Below, piece after piece: positions 8,242-17,725 of a stretch of DNA of 33,243 nt. The notes beneath the pieces were generated by a model. It made no database searches. It was not told the DNA's origin and was given only the letters and a program-made list of their open reading frames with translations. The position numbers were made by a program, and so were the translations under genes. The stretch is from assembly GCA_037441385.1 (NCBI GenBank), contig JBBISH010000073.1, positions 1 through 33,243 on the forward strand. The letters run 5' to 3'. Numbering within the stretch: position 1 is the first letter of the stretch; each line of letters starts with the position of its first letter. The DNA comes from Myxococcales bacterium. GTDB lineage: Bacteria > Myxococcota_A > UBA9042.

Positions 8242-10302
8242 ATGCCCTTTACGTACGCGTCGCGCTCGATTTCCAAAGTCGCTGTCATTGGTTCCGGTCA
8301 GATCGGCCCCGACATCGCGCTGCATTTTGCCAAGGCCCTCCAGTCCAGCGGCGTGCAGGTGGTCGTCATCGACGTCGCGGAGGCGGCGCTGCAGGCCGGC
8401 CAGGCGCGGACCTGGAAGAAGATCGACAAGGGCCAGGAAACAGGTGCCTTTTCGCCGGACCAGGCCGCAGCGATGAAGGCGTGCCTGAGCTTTACCAGCG
8501 ACTACAGCCAAGCGGCGGGCGCCGAGCTGGTGGTGGAAGCAGCGACGGAGGACGAGGGCCTGAAAGGGCGCATCTTCAAGCAGCTGGAGGCCCTGGTGGC
8601 GCCGGGGGCGATCCTGCTGTCCAACAGCTCGCACCTGGAGCCCGAGCGCATCTTTGCCAACCTGGGCGACAAGTCGCGGGCGGCGGTGGCGCACTACTTC
8701 TTCCCGGCCGAGCGCAACGTCGTCATCGAGATCGTCGCCGGCAAGGACACCAGCCCGGCGGTCGACCGCTGGCTGCGGCGGTTCTACGAGGCGATCGGCA
8801 AGGTGGCGATTCCCGTGAAGTCGCGGTATGGCTACGCCGCCGACCCGGTGTTCGAGGGCGTGTTCCAGGCGGCCTGCCTGTGCGTGGAAGAGGGCCTGGG
8901 CAGCATCAAAGAGGTCGATTTTGCCGCGCGCGAGGCCCTGGGCATGACGGTGGGGCCGTTCACCGCCATGAACTTGACCGGCGGCAACCCCATCACCGAG
9001 CACGGCTTGGACACGATGCACGAGCGGTTCGCCACTGCTCAATGGCTGACTCCGTGGTTCAAGGCGCCGAAATTGCTGAAAGACAAGCTGGCGGCCGAAG
9101 GTCCCAACGGCAAGTGGTTGGTCTGCGGTCGCGGCGAGACGGCGGAGCTGCCGCCCGAGCGCAAGGACGCGGTCCTCGATGCCCTGCGGGCGGCGTACCT
9201 GGGCATCACCTTTGGGATTCTGGACTCGGGGATCGTGACCCTGGGCGACTTCGAGCTGTGCATCGAGACGGCGCTGGACCAGATCGGCCCGTGCCGGCTG
9301 GCCAACCAGCTGGGGGTGCAAAAAGCCCTTGCGTTGGTCCAGGCTTACGCGGCGTCGCACCCCAGCATGGCCGTGCCGCAGACCCTGCAGCGGCTGGCGG
9401 CGGCGGGTACCCCCATCGACGTGCTGAACCTGGCGATCGAGGACGTGGCGGTGGCCGGTGGCGTGGTGCGGGTGGTGGCGATTCGCCGGCCCAAGGTGCT
9501 GAACGCCTTGAACGCCCAGACTTATCGGCAGATCGACGCGGAGCTGGCCAAAGCTGAGAGCGATCCCAACGTACTAGGTATGGTCATCACAGGTGCGGGC
9601 AGCAAGGCCTTTGTCTCGGGGGCGGATATCGGCGCGCTGGCCAAGGTGCAGACGCCGCAAGATGGTTACGATCTTGCCTATTTGGGGCAGTCGGTCGGCC
9701 GGCGCATCGAACTGGCCAAGAAGCCCGTGGTGGCGGCCCTGAACGGCCTGGCCTTTGGCGGTGGGCTGGAGCTGGCGATGGCCTGCCGCGCGCGCGTGGC
9801 GATCGCCGGCAGCAAGGCGCTGGCGGGGCTTCCCGAGGTCAACCTGGGCATTTTGCCAGGTGCGGGGGGCACCCAGCGGTTGCCGCGCCTCATCGGCTTT
9901 GACCGAGCCTGGCAGCTGATTCGCAGCGCCGGCACGCTGTCGTCGGCGCAGGCGCTGGAATTGGGGTTGGTGCGCGGGCTTTTCCCGGCCGATCAGCTGC
10001 TGGACGCGGCGGTGGCGCTGGTGGCGGACGCAGCCGCGGGCAAGGTCGACCTGCCGCGCCTGCACGAGGGGGCGATCGCCGAACGCGCCGAGCCAACGGT
10101 GGAAATCGGCCACCGCAGCCAGGCCGTCGACGCCATCGTCTGCGAGGTGATGCGTTCGGGCGCGGTCCTGGGCCTGGAGGCGGGCCTGCAGGCCGAGCTG
10201 AATGGCTTCAAGGACATCTGCGGCCTGGAAGACATGCGCATCGGCGTGCAGCACTTCGTGCAAAATGGGCCGAAGACTCCGGCGCCGTTTGTGCACAAGT
10301 AG
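8242..10302 (+). CDS. bifunctional 3-hydroxyacyl-CoA dehydrogenase / enoyl-CoA hydratase (dehydrogenase N-terminal)
   Basis: VAVIGSGQIG, VVEAATE...K, SNSS, HYFFP...EIV; crotonase motifs LNALN, AFVSGADI, GGGLELAMAC, GLPEVNLGILPGAGGTQRLPRLIG; AAGGA RBS. Confidence 0.9.
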   Translation: MPFTYASRSISKVAVIGSGQIGPDIALHFAKALQSSGVQVVVIDVAEAALQAGQARTWKKIDKGQETGAFSPDQAAAMKACLSFTSDYSQAAGAELVVEAATEDEGLKGRIFKQLEALVAPGAILLSNSSHLEPERIFANLGDKSRAAVAHYFFPAERNVVIEIVAGKDTSPAVDRWLRRFYEAIGKVAIPVKSRYGYAADPVFEGVFQAACLCVEEGLGSIKEVDFAAREALGMTVGPFTAMNLTGGNPITEHGLDTMHERFATAQWLTPWFKAPKLLKDKLAAEGPNGKWLVCGRGETAELPPERKDAVLDALRAAYLGITFGILDSGIVTLGDFELCIETALDQIGPCRLANQLGVQKALALVQAYAASHPSMAVPQTLQRLAAAGTPIDVLNLAIEDVAVAGGVVRVVAIRRPKVLNALNAQTYRQIDAELAKAESDPNVLGMVITGAGSKAFVSGADIGALAKVQTPQDGYDLAYLGQSVGRRIELAKKPVVAALNGLAFGGGLELAMACRARVAIAGSKALAGLPEVNLGILPGAGGTQRLPRLIGFDRAWQLIRSAGTLSSAQALELGLVRGLFPADQLLDAAVALVADAAAGKVDLPRLHEGAIAERAEPTVEIGHRSQAVDAIVCEVMRSGAVLGLEAGLQAELNGFKDICGLEDMRIGVQHFVQNGPKTPAPFVHK

Positions 10303-10305
10303 CCC

Positions 10306-10635
10306 ATGTCGACCATCCTGCTGCTCCTGGCCTCCAACCTGTTCATGACCGCGGCGTGGTACGGCCACCTGCGGTTCAAGAACGTGCCGCTTTGGCAGGC
10401 GATCCTGGTCAGTTGGGGCATCGCCTTGGTCGAATATTGCCTGCAGGTGCCGGCCAACCGACTAGGCTATGGGCGGTTCTCTGCGTTTGAACTGAAAATC
10501 ATTCAAGAAGTATTGACCCTGGTGGTATTTTCCGGTTTTGCGATCCTATGGCTGGGCGAAACGCCGCGCTGGAACCACTTGGCCGCCTTCGTCTTGATCT
10601 TGGCGGCGGTGGCGGTGGCGTTCTTGCCTAAGTAA
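10306..10635 (+). CDS. small DMT-superfamily membrane protein
   Basis: SNLFMTAAWYGHL, SWGIALVEYCLQVPANRLG, LKIIQEV; four hydrophobic segments. Confidence 0.88.
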   Translation: MSTILLLLASNLFMTAAWYGHLRFKNVPLWQAILVSWGIALVEYCLQVPANRLGYGRFSAFELKIIQEVLTLVVFSGFAILWLGETPRWNHLAAFVLILAAVAVAFLPK

Positions 10636-10664
10636 CCGGACCGCGGGCGCGCCCAGCTCCCCTG

Positions 10665-11117
10665 CTACAACTCTTGTTCGGTTCGCAGGGCCACGCCCCG
10701 CTGGCGCAGCAGCGCCGCAAACACGCCGTCGCCCGGTCGGCGCTGGCCGGCGATGGTGGTCTGGCCGCAGCCGCATGAGGGGGAATTGGCCTTGAGGACT
10801 GCGGAAATGGCCCGCGGCGCGCGTTCGGCCGCCGCCTTGGCCCCCGCCACGAACGCGACCGTGACGTCGCCGCCATCAGCCACGCGCTGCACCCGCGCCT
10901 GACCGGCCAGCACGGCGTGACCGTCGCCGCCGCGCAGCTCGGCCGCCGGCCGAGGGGTGCCGAGGCCGGCCAATTCTTCTGGACAAACCGCCGCGACCTC
11001 GTCGCCCGCCGCCCGCCACGCCGCCACCTGGGCGATCACGGCTGCCGCTGGCTTGCTCGCGCCGTCGTAGCGGCAGGCCTGACCGAGCAAGCACGCTGAG
11101 ACGATCCGCTGCGCCAT
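10665..11117 (-). CDS. DUF523 / 2-thiouracil desulfurase family protein
   Basis: VSACLLG..CRYDG, VCPEE.AGLGTPRP, LKANSPSCG, GDGVFAALL. Confidence 0.88.
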   Translation of the reverse strand: MAQRIVSACLLGQACRYDGASKPAAAVIAQVAAWRAAGDEVAAVCPEELAGLGTPRPAAELRGGDGHAVLAGQARVQRVADGGDVTVAFVAGAKAAAERAPRAISAVLKANSPSCGCGQTTIAGQRRPGDGVFAALLRQRGVALRTEQEL

Positions 11118-11306
11118 GCTGTTCCCCAAGGAGGCCGAGATTACGGCACAAGATCGAACGTTCGCTTTGGGATGCCCGGCCGGCGCGCGACCGACAACGC
11201 CAACTGGTGACAGTCGTTGCGGCTCAGACCCTTGCATGGCGGCGGACTTGGCGCTACACCACTGCCGCCGCGGCGCCCGACCGCGCCCCAACTTGCGAGG
11301 TTTCCC

Positions 11307-13841
11307 ATGCTCACCGCCTACCGTCAACACGTTGCCGAGCGCGCCACCCTGGGCATTCCGCCCCTGCCGCTGAATGCCGCCCAGACCCAAGAACTTACGG
11401 CGCTGCTGTGCAACCCGCCGGCCGGTGAAGAAGGCTTCTTGGTCGATCTGTTGACCCACCGCGTGCCCGCAGGTGTGGACGATGCCGCCAAGGTCAAGGC
11501 CGAGTTCCTGGACGCGGTGGCCAAGGACAAGACCGCCTGTGCGCTGATCAGCCGCGAGAAGGCCACAGAATTGCTGGGGACGATGTTGGGCGGCTTCAAC
11601 GTCAAGCCGCTCATCGAGCTGCTGGCCGATCCGAGCTGCGGCGCGCTCGCTGCCAAGGGCCTAGCGCACACGCTGCTGGTTTTTGACTACTTCCACGACG
11701 TGGCCGAACGCGCCAAGTCCGGCAACGCCCATGCCAAGGCGGTGCTGAAGTCCTGGGCCGAGGCGGAGTGGTTCACCAGCAAGCCCGAAGTACCCCAAAG
11801 CATTACTCTGACCGTGTTCAAGGTGCCGGGCGAGACCAACACCGACGACCTGTCGCCCGCGCCCGATGCCTGGAGCCGGCCCGACATCCCGCTGCACGCG
11901 CTGGCGATGCTGAAGAACCCGCGCCCGGGCCTGGCCGAGAAGCCGCTGCAGCTCATCGAAGAGCTGAAGAAGAAGGGTCACCCGGTCGCCTACGTGGGCG
12001 ACGTGGTGGGCACCGGCTCGTCGCGCAAGTCGGCCACCAACTCGGTGCTGTGGTGGACGGGCGACGACATCCCGTTCGTGCCGAACAAGCGCTTTGGCGG
12101 CTATTGCCTGGGCAACAAGATCGCGCCGATTTTCTTCAATACTCAGGAAGATGCGGGCGCGCTGCCGATCGAGCTGGACGTGAGCCAGATGGAGATGGGC
12201 GATGTGGTCGAGCTGCAGCCCTACGCCGGCAAGGCCTTCAAGAACGGCAGCGAGATCGCCTCGTTCCAGGTCAAGAGCGACGTGCTGTTCGACGAAGTGC
12301 GCGCCGGCGGCCGCATCCCGCTGATCATCGGCCGCGCCCTGACGGCCCGCGCCCGTGAGCACCTGGGGCTGCCGACGTCCACCGTGTTCCGCGCCCCGCA
12401 CGCACCCAAGGACACCGGCAAGGGCTTTACGCTGGCGCAGAAGATGGTCGGCAAGGCCTGTGGTGTGGCGGGCATCCGTCCGGGTACCTACTGTGAGCCG
12501 AAGATGACCTCGGTCGGCAGCCAGGACACCACTGGGCCGATGACGCGCGACGAGCTGAAAGACCTGGCCTGCCTGGGCTTTTCGGCCGACCTGGTGATGC
12601 AGTCGTTCTGCCACACTGCCGCGTACCCCAAGCCCGTCGATGTGGCGATGCACAAGGAGCTGCCCGGCTTCATGGCGACCCGCGGTGGCATCGCGCTGCG
12701 CCCGGCCGACGGCATCATCCACAGCTGGCTGAACCGTATGTTGCTGCCCGACACGGTGGGCACCGGCGGTGACTCGCACACCCGCTTCCCGATTGGTATT
12801 TCCTTCCCGGCGGGCTCGGGCCTGGTGGCGTTTGCCGCGGCGACCGGGGTGATGCCGCTCGACATGCCCGAGTCCGTGCTGGTGCGCTTCAAGGGCACCA
12901 TGCAACCCGGCGTGACGCTTCGCGATTTGGTCAACGCCATCCCGCTGTGGGCGATCAAGCAGGGCCTGCTGACGGTGGAGAAGAAGGGCAAGAAGAACGT
13001 GTTCTCGGGGCGGATCCTGGAGATCGAGGGGCTGCCGAACATCAAGATCGAGCAGGCTTTCGAGCTGAGCGACGCGTCGGCCGAGCGCTCGGCGGCGGGC
13101 TGCACGGTGCGGCTGGACCAGGCACCGATCGTCGAATACCTGAACAGCAACATCGCGCTCCTGACCTGGATGATCCAGCAGGGCTACCAGGATCCGCGCA
13201 GCCTGCAGCGCCGCATCGACAAGATGAAGGCGTGGCTGGCCAACCCCGAGCTGCTGGCGCCCGACGCCGACGCCGAGTATGCCGCGGTCATCGAGATCGA
13301 CCTGGCCGAGATCCACGAGCCCATCGTCGCGTGCCCGAATGACCCGGACGACGTGAAATTCCTGAGCGAAGTCGCGGGTGACAAGATCGACGAGGTCTTC
13401 ATCGGCTCGTGCATGACCAACATCGGTCACTTCCGCGCGGCGGCCAAGGTGCTGGACAACCAGAGCGACCTGCCGACACGCCTGTGGATCGCCCCGCCGA
13501 CCAAGATGGACCAGAAGCAGCTGATGGACGAAGGGGTCTACAGCATCCTGGGCAAGACGGGCGCGCGCATGGAGACGCCCGGGTGCTCGCTGTGCATGGG
13601 CAACCAGGCGCAGGTGCGCAAGGGCTCGACGGCGATGTCGACCTCGACCCGCAACTTCCCGAACCGCCTGGGCATCGACACGCGGGTGTACCTGGGCTCG
13701 GCGGAGCTGGCGGCGGTGTGCGCGCTGCTGGGCAAGATTCCGACGCGCGAGGAGTACCTGGCGCAAGTGGGCGGGATCGCGGGTAAAGCCGAGCAGATCT
13801 ACCGGTACATGAACTTTGACCGGATGGCGGAGTACGCGTAG
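11307..13841 (+). CDS. acnB: aconitate hydratase B (bifunctional 2-methylisocitrate dehydratase)
   Basis: [88 protein letters not shown]. Confidence 0.97.
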   Translation: MLTAYRQHVAERATLGIPPLPLNAAQTQELTALLCNPPAGEEGFLVDLLTHRVPAGVDDAAKVKAEFLDAVAKDKTACALISREKATELLGTMLGGFNVKPLIELLADPSCGALAAKGLAHTLLVFDYFHDVAERAKSGNAHAKAVLKSWAEAEWFTSKPEVPQSITLTVFKVPGETNTDDLSPAPDAWSRPDIPLHALAMLKNPRPGLAEKPLQLIEELKKKGHPVAYVGDVVGTGSSRKSATNSVLWWTGDDIPFVPNKRFGGYCLGNKIAPIFFNTQEDAGALPIELDVSQMEMGDVVELQPYAGKAFKNGSEIASFQVKSDVLFDEVRAGGRIPLIIGRALTARAREHLGLPTSTVFRAPHAPKDTGKGFTLAQKMVGKACGVAGIRPGTYCEPKMTSVGSQDTTGPMTRDELKDLACLGFSADLVMQSFCHTAAYPKPVDVAMHKELPGFMATRGGIALRPADGIIHSWLNRMLLPDTVGTGGDSHTRFPIGISFPAGSGLVAFAAATGVMPLDMPESVLVRFKGTMQPGVTLRDLVNAIPLWAIKQGLLTVEKKGKKNVFSGRILEIEGLPNIKIEQAFELSDASAERSAAGCTVRLDQAPIVEYLNSNIALLTWMIQQGYQDPRSLQRRIDKMKAWLANPELLAPDADAEYAAVIEIDLAEIHEPIVACPNDPDDVKFLSEVAGDKIDEVFIGSCMTNIGHFRAAAKVLDNQSDLPTRLWIAPPTKMDQKQLMDEGVYSILGKTGARMETPGCSLCMGNQAQVRKGSTAMSTSTRNFPNRLGIDTRVYLGSAELAAVCALLGKIPTREEYLAQVGGIAGKAEQIYRYMNFDRMAEYA

Positions 13842-14083
13842 CCGAGTCGGTGTCAGGTATTGCCACTTGCCACATAGCCGCAACTGCCTGATCATAGTCA
13901 GTAGTTTCTTGGCGTCCCGGTGCGGCGGGTCGAGCGTGGGCAGGATCGCGCGCTCCCCGCCGCCCCGTCGCGCTACGGTCGCCGGGCCGAAGATCATTCA
14001 GGGGAAATCACGAGTTCCTGCGGCCCGGCGAAGGCAGCGCTTCGTCGCGCTACCTCGCTTCGCGCGCGTGTCGCTGACGCGGG
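13841..14083 (+). repeat. 243-bp structured non-coding element, copy 1
   Basis: gap-free alignment to 16749-16991, 213/243 identical; internal inverted repeats; begins at the last base of the acnB stop codon. Confidence 0.92.
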
Positions 14084-14190
14084 GATTCTTGTCCCCTCGG
14101 TGACGGCGAGCCAGTCGGCGCCCACGATGCTGTCTCCGGACCGGGGAACTGGAGTCATCCAGAAGCTGCGGCGCTACACGGCGTTACGCG

Positions 14191-14778
14191 TCATGGCGAA
14201 GCATCCCTGCGTGCCTGGCCAATCAGGCCGGGCGAAATCGTCCTGCCGCCTACCACTAGCTCGCCAGGACGTTGGCCAAGGTGCGGCGGACTAGGTAGGC
14301 CGCCCACTGCGGTGCCCCAAGGATAGCCAAAGCCTGAATCGGAGGCGCCGCGCCCAGTACTGGGCGGATACGCCAATGGACCAGCCCGCCAATGCACGGG
14401 ACCGAGGACCTTGACCCATTCGGCAAGATAAGTCGCACCATCGTCGGTCGAGTCTTCCTGAACAAGAAGCCGGTCATTTCGGCGATCGACAACGGAGACC
14501 GAAGCGACGTGTGTGGCGAGAACCGAGAGGTGCACGCTAGCCAAAGCAGCGTGCAGACACGCGAACAGCGCACAGACACTCGCACTCGACGACAGGGCGG
14601 GCCGCCGAGTCCGGCGTGCAAGCCAGGCCCAGCCGATCGGTCCAGCCAAAAAAGCGAGCGCGCCCATGTGTGGCAGGATTCCCGGTGCGTCAGGGTCGAC
14701 CCACAGTGGCGACAGAATCCAGGCCGTCGCGAGCCACGGCGCCAGTGCCAGAAGGAGCGGGTAGATTATCGGGATCAT
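14191..14778 (-). CDS. hypothetical membrane protein
   Basis: three hydrophobic segments in the N-terminal half; GGAG upstream of ATG; no family recognised. Confidence 0.55.
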   Translation of the reverse strand: MIPIIYPLLLALAPWLATAWILSPLWVDPDAPGILPHMGALAFLAGPIGWAWLARRTRRPALSSSASVCALFACLHAALASVHLSVLATHVASVSVVDRRNDRLLVQEDSTDDGATYLAEWVKVLGPVHWRAGPLAYPPSTGRGASDSGFGYPWGTAVGGLPSPPHLGQRPGELVVGGRTISPGLIGQARRDASP

Positions 14779-14862
14779 AAATGCTCCGGCGGCACGCCTT
14801 TGGGGTTTCCTGGGATTTGGACGCAGTTACGATGTGCCTTCAGGCGAGTCAATGCCTCCAGG

Positions 14863-15348
14863 TCACTGCCGGCCGCCAATCAGGTCATCCAAGTCCGTGG
14901 CAAACCGAAGCCCGGCAATCGCCTTCACAAAGTCCGCGCGCCGTCTGTCCAGGTCTGACCCGCGGCGAATTGGCGGCAGGCCACGCCAGACTCGTCCCAA
15001 CTCCTCGCACCCGGCGTTGCGGGCGTGCAGCCGTGCATCCTCCTCGCTATGCTCAAACTTCTCCTTGAGTTCGGAGACCGAGATGTGCTTGCCGCCCTTC
15101 AGTTCGACAAGTGCCAAGTCAACCACGTCGCCGCGGCGGAGCAAGAAGTGAACGCAGTCGCAATCGCGCCGACGGTCACGATGGTTGCCCACAACCGCCT
15201 TGAGCTTGGCCCCGTCGACGAGCATGTGCTCAAGATGTTGGCTATTCCTGCGTCCGAGGCCAGAGGCGCCGCCAAAACGGACGCCCTCGTCGGCGCACTC
15301 GCTCTTTTCGATGGCGGCAGATTGCGCGACCAGGTCGGGCCAGCCCAT
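14863..15348 (-). CDS. hypothetical protein with PD-(D/E)xK nuclease-like motif
   Basis: DCDCVHF...LALVELKGG; GGGGAG RBS; ATG 4 nt after the ATPase stop. Confidence 0.65.
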   Translation of the reverse strand: MGWPDLVAQSAAIEKSECADEGVRFGGASGLGRRNSQHLEHMLVDGAKLKAVVGNHRDRRRDCDCVHFLLRRGDVVDLALVELKGGKHISVSELKEKFEHSEEDARLHARNAGCEELGRVWRGLPPIRRGSDLDRRRADFVKAIAGLRFATDLDDLIGGRQ

Positions 15349-15352
15349 CGAA

Positions 15353-16774
15353 CTACTCCCCCGTTGTCGAAGCGGCCCGGAGATCCGTAAGGGCGGCGTG
15401 CCGGTTGAAGAGGTCGCTTGAGGAATCCAGCCAATTCGCGCGGTCGAACCCATCATACGGGTCAAAGGGGATTTCGCGAGCAGTATACCCATCGCCGACT
15501 GCGCTTCGTCCAAACCGATAGACCGCTACGCTTGCTGGGGCCAGGCGCTCGCATTCGGGTATCTCGGCTGCCGCCGTTGTACCTGCCTCGGTCGCTCGCA
15601 GGATCCAGCCGAGCATGTCGACCAGCAGCTCACTGTGGGTGGTCACCACGAAGCGAACTCCCGCATTTGTGAGCCGTGCGAGCGCACGGGCCAGCAGAAT
15701 CTGCTTGGCCGGGTGGAGGTGCGCCTCCGGCTCTTCCAGCACGGCGAGCGTGCCCTGCCGCGCGAGCTTGCGCAGCATGAAGGTCACCGGCGCCAGTTCC
15801 GCGACACTGGAAGAGGCGCGGTCCATCGGGATGCGATTCCCGTCCACCACCACATCCAAGGTGGGAACCACGGTGGGAAGCGGCCGGCGATCGATTCGGC
15901 CGCCGTGGAGCATGGCCTCTACGGCGTCAACCTCCGCACTCAGGCTGCCGTCGGGCGCGGAGCCCGCCAGCCGATACTGCTCCAAGAATTCGCTCGCCGG
16001 GCCGGCAAGCTCAATTTGGCGCGCGTGCGCAACCGCGAGAAGTCGCTCCACAAACGGCCCTGTTGAGGCCATGCCTGTTCGGCCGGCCGGCAGGTAGAGT
16101 GGCGGTGGGCCAAATCGCTCCTGGAAATTCAATGCCAGGCGCCGCAAAAGCGCGCTCGCCAGCACCCGACCAAGATGGTCGTCGGCAATTTGACCGCCCA
16201 CGGCAAACCGTTGACGCTCAGCCCACTGCGCAGCCCACGCCAAGTCGAAGTACGGCTCGCCAGCGGGTGACACAAACAGGTGCGAGTAGATAACTGCGCC
16301 CTGGTGGCGACTTTTGAGTTCACCGCGGTCAGGTTCACTAACAGAAATTGCCAACGGGGCGGTGGCGCCAAACCGCTGGAGTTCCGCCACTGTGGTCGCG
16401 CCAAGAAGTTGCAGCGGACCGGATACCACAGCCCTCGCCAGGTGGTTGCCCAGCAAGTCCCTCGCGCCGGCGATCCAATCCCGAAAGGAGGCGTCGTCCT
16501 CGGCACGCAGCGGCTGGCCCTGCTTGATTTGGCCCAGGAAAGCGGCCGGACGACTGGCAATCTGCTCCACCAAGCGCGCCACTTCTGCGGGATAGCCTGG
16601 GAACCGTGAACTCCCATCCAGTGCGGTGGCAAGCTCTTGGCCTGCCCGGGCAAAGCTGTACAGTGCCGCGGCCGTGAAGCTCTTGCCCGACCCAGAATCG
16701 CCCACAAAAATCGTGAGGGGGCGCGGCCGAATCCGGGCTGACGCTACCGCCGAGTCGGTGTCAGGTATTGCCAC
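15353..16774 (-). CDS. ABC-type AAA ATPase (AAA_15/AAA_21-like); first ~9 codons lie inside repeat copy 2
   Basis: RPLTIFVGDSGSGKS, YLPAGRTG, ASSSVAELAP, LEEPEAHLHPAKQ, VTTHS. Confidence 0.85.
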   Translation of the reverse strand: MAIPDTDSAVASARIRPRPLTIFVGDSGSGKSFTAAALYSFARAGQELATALDGSSRFPGYPAEVARLVEQIASRPAAFLGQIKQGQPLRAEDDASFRDWIAGARDLLGNHLARAVVSGPLQLLGATTVAELQRFGATAPLAISVSEPDRGELKSRHQGAVIYSHLFVSPAGEPYFDLAWAAQWAERQRFAVGGQIADDHLGRVLASALLRRLALNFQERFGPPPLYLPAGRTGMASTGPFVERLLAVAHARQIELAGPASEFLEQYRLAGSAPDGSLSAEVDAVEAMLHGGRIDRRPLPTVVPTLDVVVDGNRIPMDRASSSVAELAPVTFMLRKLARQGTLAVLEEPEAHLHPAKQILLARALARLTNAGVRFVVTTHSELLVDMLGWILRATEAGTTAAAEIPECERLAPASVAVYRFGRSAVGDGYTAREIPFDPYDGFDRANWLDSSSDLFNRHAALTDLRAASTTGE

Positions 16775-16991
16775 TTACCACATAGGCGCAAGGGCTTGAT
16801 CGCCGGCAGTCGCCTTTGGGCGTCCCGGTGCGGCAGGTCGAGCGCGGGCAGGATCCTGCGCTCCCCGCCGCACCGTCGCGCCACGGTCGCCGGGCCGAAA
16901 ACCATTCAGACGCAATCGCAAATTCCTGCGGCCCGGCGAAGGCAGCGCTCCGTCGCGCTACCTCGCTGCGCGCGCGTGTCGCTGACGCGGG
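16749..16991 (+). repeat. 243-bp structured non-coding element, copy 2
   Basis: direct repeat of 13841-14083, offset 2908 bp. Confidence 0.92.
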
Positions 16992-17004
16992 GGGCCACAA
17001 CGTC

Positions 17005-17037
17005 GCATCTTGACGCGCATCACGATGCAGCTATCCT
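17005..17037 (+). promoter_or_regulatory. promoter and operator of vapBC (probably leaderless mRNA)
   Basis: TTGACG (17010-15), 16 bp spacer, TATCCT (17032-37), then 6 nt to ATG; GCATC-AC-GATGC palindrome (17017-28) and an extra GCATC at 17005. Confidence 0.6.
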
Positions 17038-17043
17038 GAATCC

Positions 17044-17298
17044 ATGCGCACCACCCTCACCATCGACGACGACCTGCTCGACCAAGCCAAGCGCCAGGCC
17101 CTCGACCTCGGCATCTCGCTGAGCGACGCCGTGTGCCGCCTGCTCCGCCGCGGCCTCGCCGCTGACACCGCCCAACCGCGCCACTTCGAGACCATCACCT
17201 ACGGCGACCCGCACCCCCCGGCCATCGACTGGGCCGCCGGCCGCGTCACCCTGGACGCCGAAGACGAGCAGTGGCTCCGGCGCAAGGCGGGCTTGTGA
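17044..17298 (+). CDS. vapB: VapB-type RHH antitoxin
   Basis: MRTTLTIDDDLL..AK..A...GISLSDAV..LLRRGL; GTGA overlap with the toxin. Confidence 0.88.
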   Translation: MRTTLTIDDDLLDQAKRQALDLGISLSDAVCRLLRRGLAADTAQPRHFETITYGDPHPPAIDWAAGRVTLDAEDEQWLRRKAGL

Positions 17299-17717
17299 AA
17301 GTCCTTGACGTCAACGTGCTCGTCCACGCTCACCGCCGCGACGCCGAGCACCACGCCGCCTGCCGGCACCTGCTGGATCACTCTGAGCCGGCGGAGGAAT
17401 TTGGCCTGACCATGCCGGTGTTCAACGGCTTTTTGCGCGTCGTCACCCACCCGCAGCTGCTGCAGCCGCCCACGCCGCTCGCCCACGCCCTGCACACCGT
17501 CGCCGAGTGGAGCGCGCGCCCCAACGTCCACTGGCTGGCCCCTGGCGAGCACCATTGGCGGATCTTTCAGGCGCTGTGCCTGCGGTACCAAGCCGCGGGC
17601 AGCGCGTTCTACGACCTGCACCTGGCGGCGCTGGCGATCGAGCGCGACGCCGAGCTTCTGTCGCTGGATCAGGGGTTTGCCCGCATTACCGAGCTGCGCT
17701 GGCGGTCGCCGGCGTAG
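17295..17717 (+). CDS. vapC: VapC-family PIN-domain toxin
   Basis: VLDVNVLVHAHR, GFLRVVTHP, DLHLAALAIE...LLSLDQGFAR. Confidence 0.9.
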   Translation: MKVLDVNVLVHAHRRDAEHHAACRHLLDHSEPAEEFGLTMPVFNGFLRVVTHPQLLQPPTPLAHALHTVAEWSARPNVHWLAPGEHHWRIFQALCLRYQAAGSAFYDLHLAALAIERDAELLSLDQGFARITELRWRSPA

Positions 17718-17725
17718 GGAGCACC

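Noticed and set aside
11661..13997. Long antisense or alternate-frame ORFs (also 990-2861, 8092-9360, 25137-26597, 28746-30578)
   Set aside because: Shadow ORFs of GC-rich real genes with no recognisable motifs.
13841..14083. Group II intron remnant or integron attC site
   Set aside because: No recognisable domain V/VI, no RYYYAAC/GTTRRRY ends, and longer than a typical attC.
13920..14294. ORFs through the 243-bp repeat (…GPAKAALRRATSLRARVADAG; also 16816-17013)
   Set aside because: Eight codons change amino acid versus four purely synonymous changes, there is no shared start or stop, and conservation follows the stems rather than the codons.
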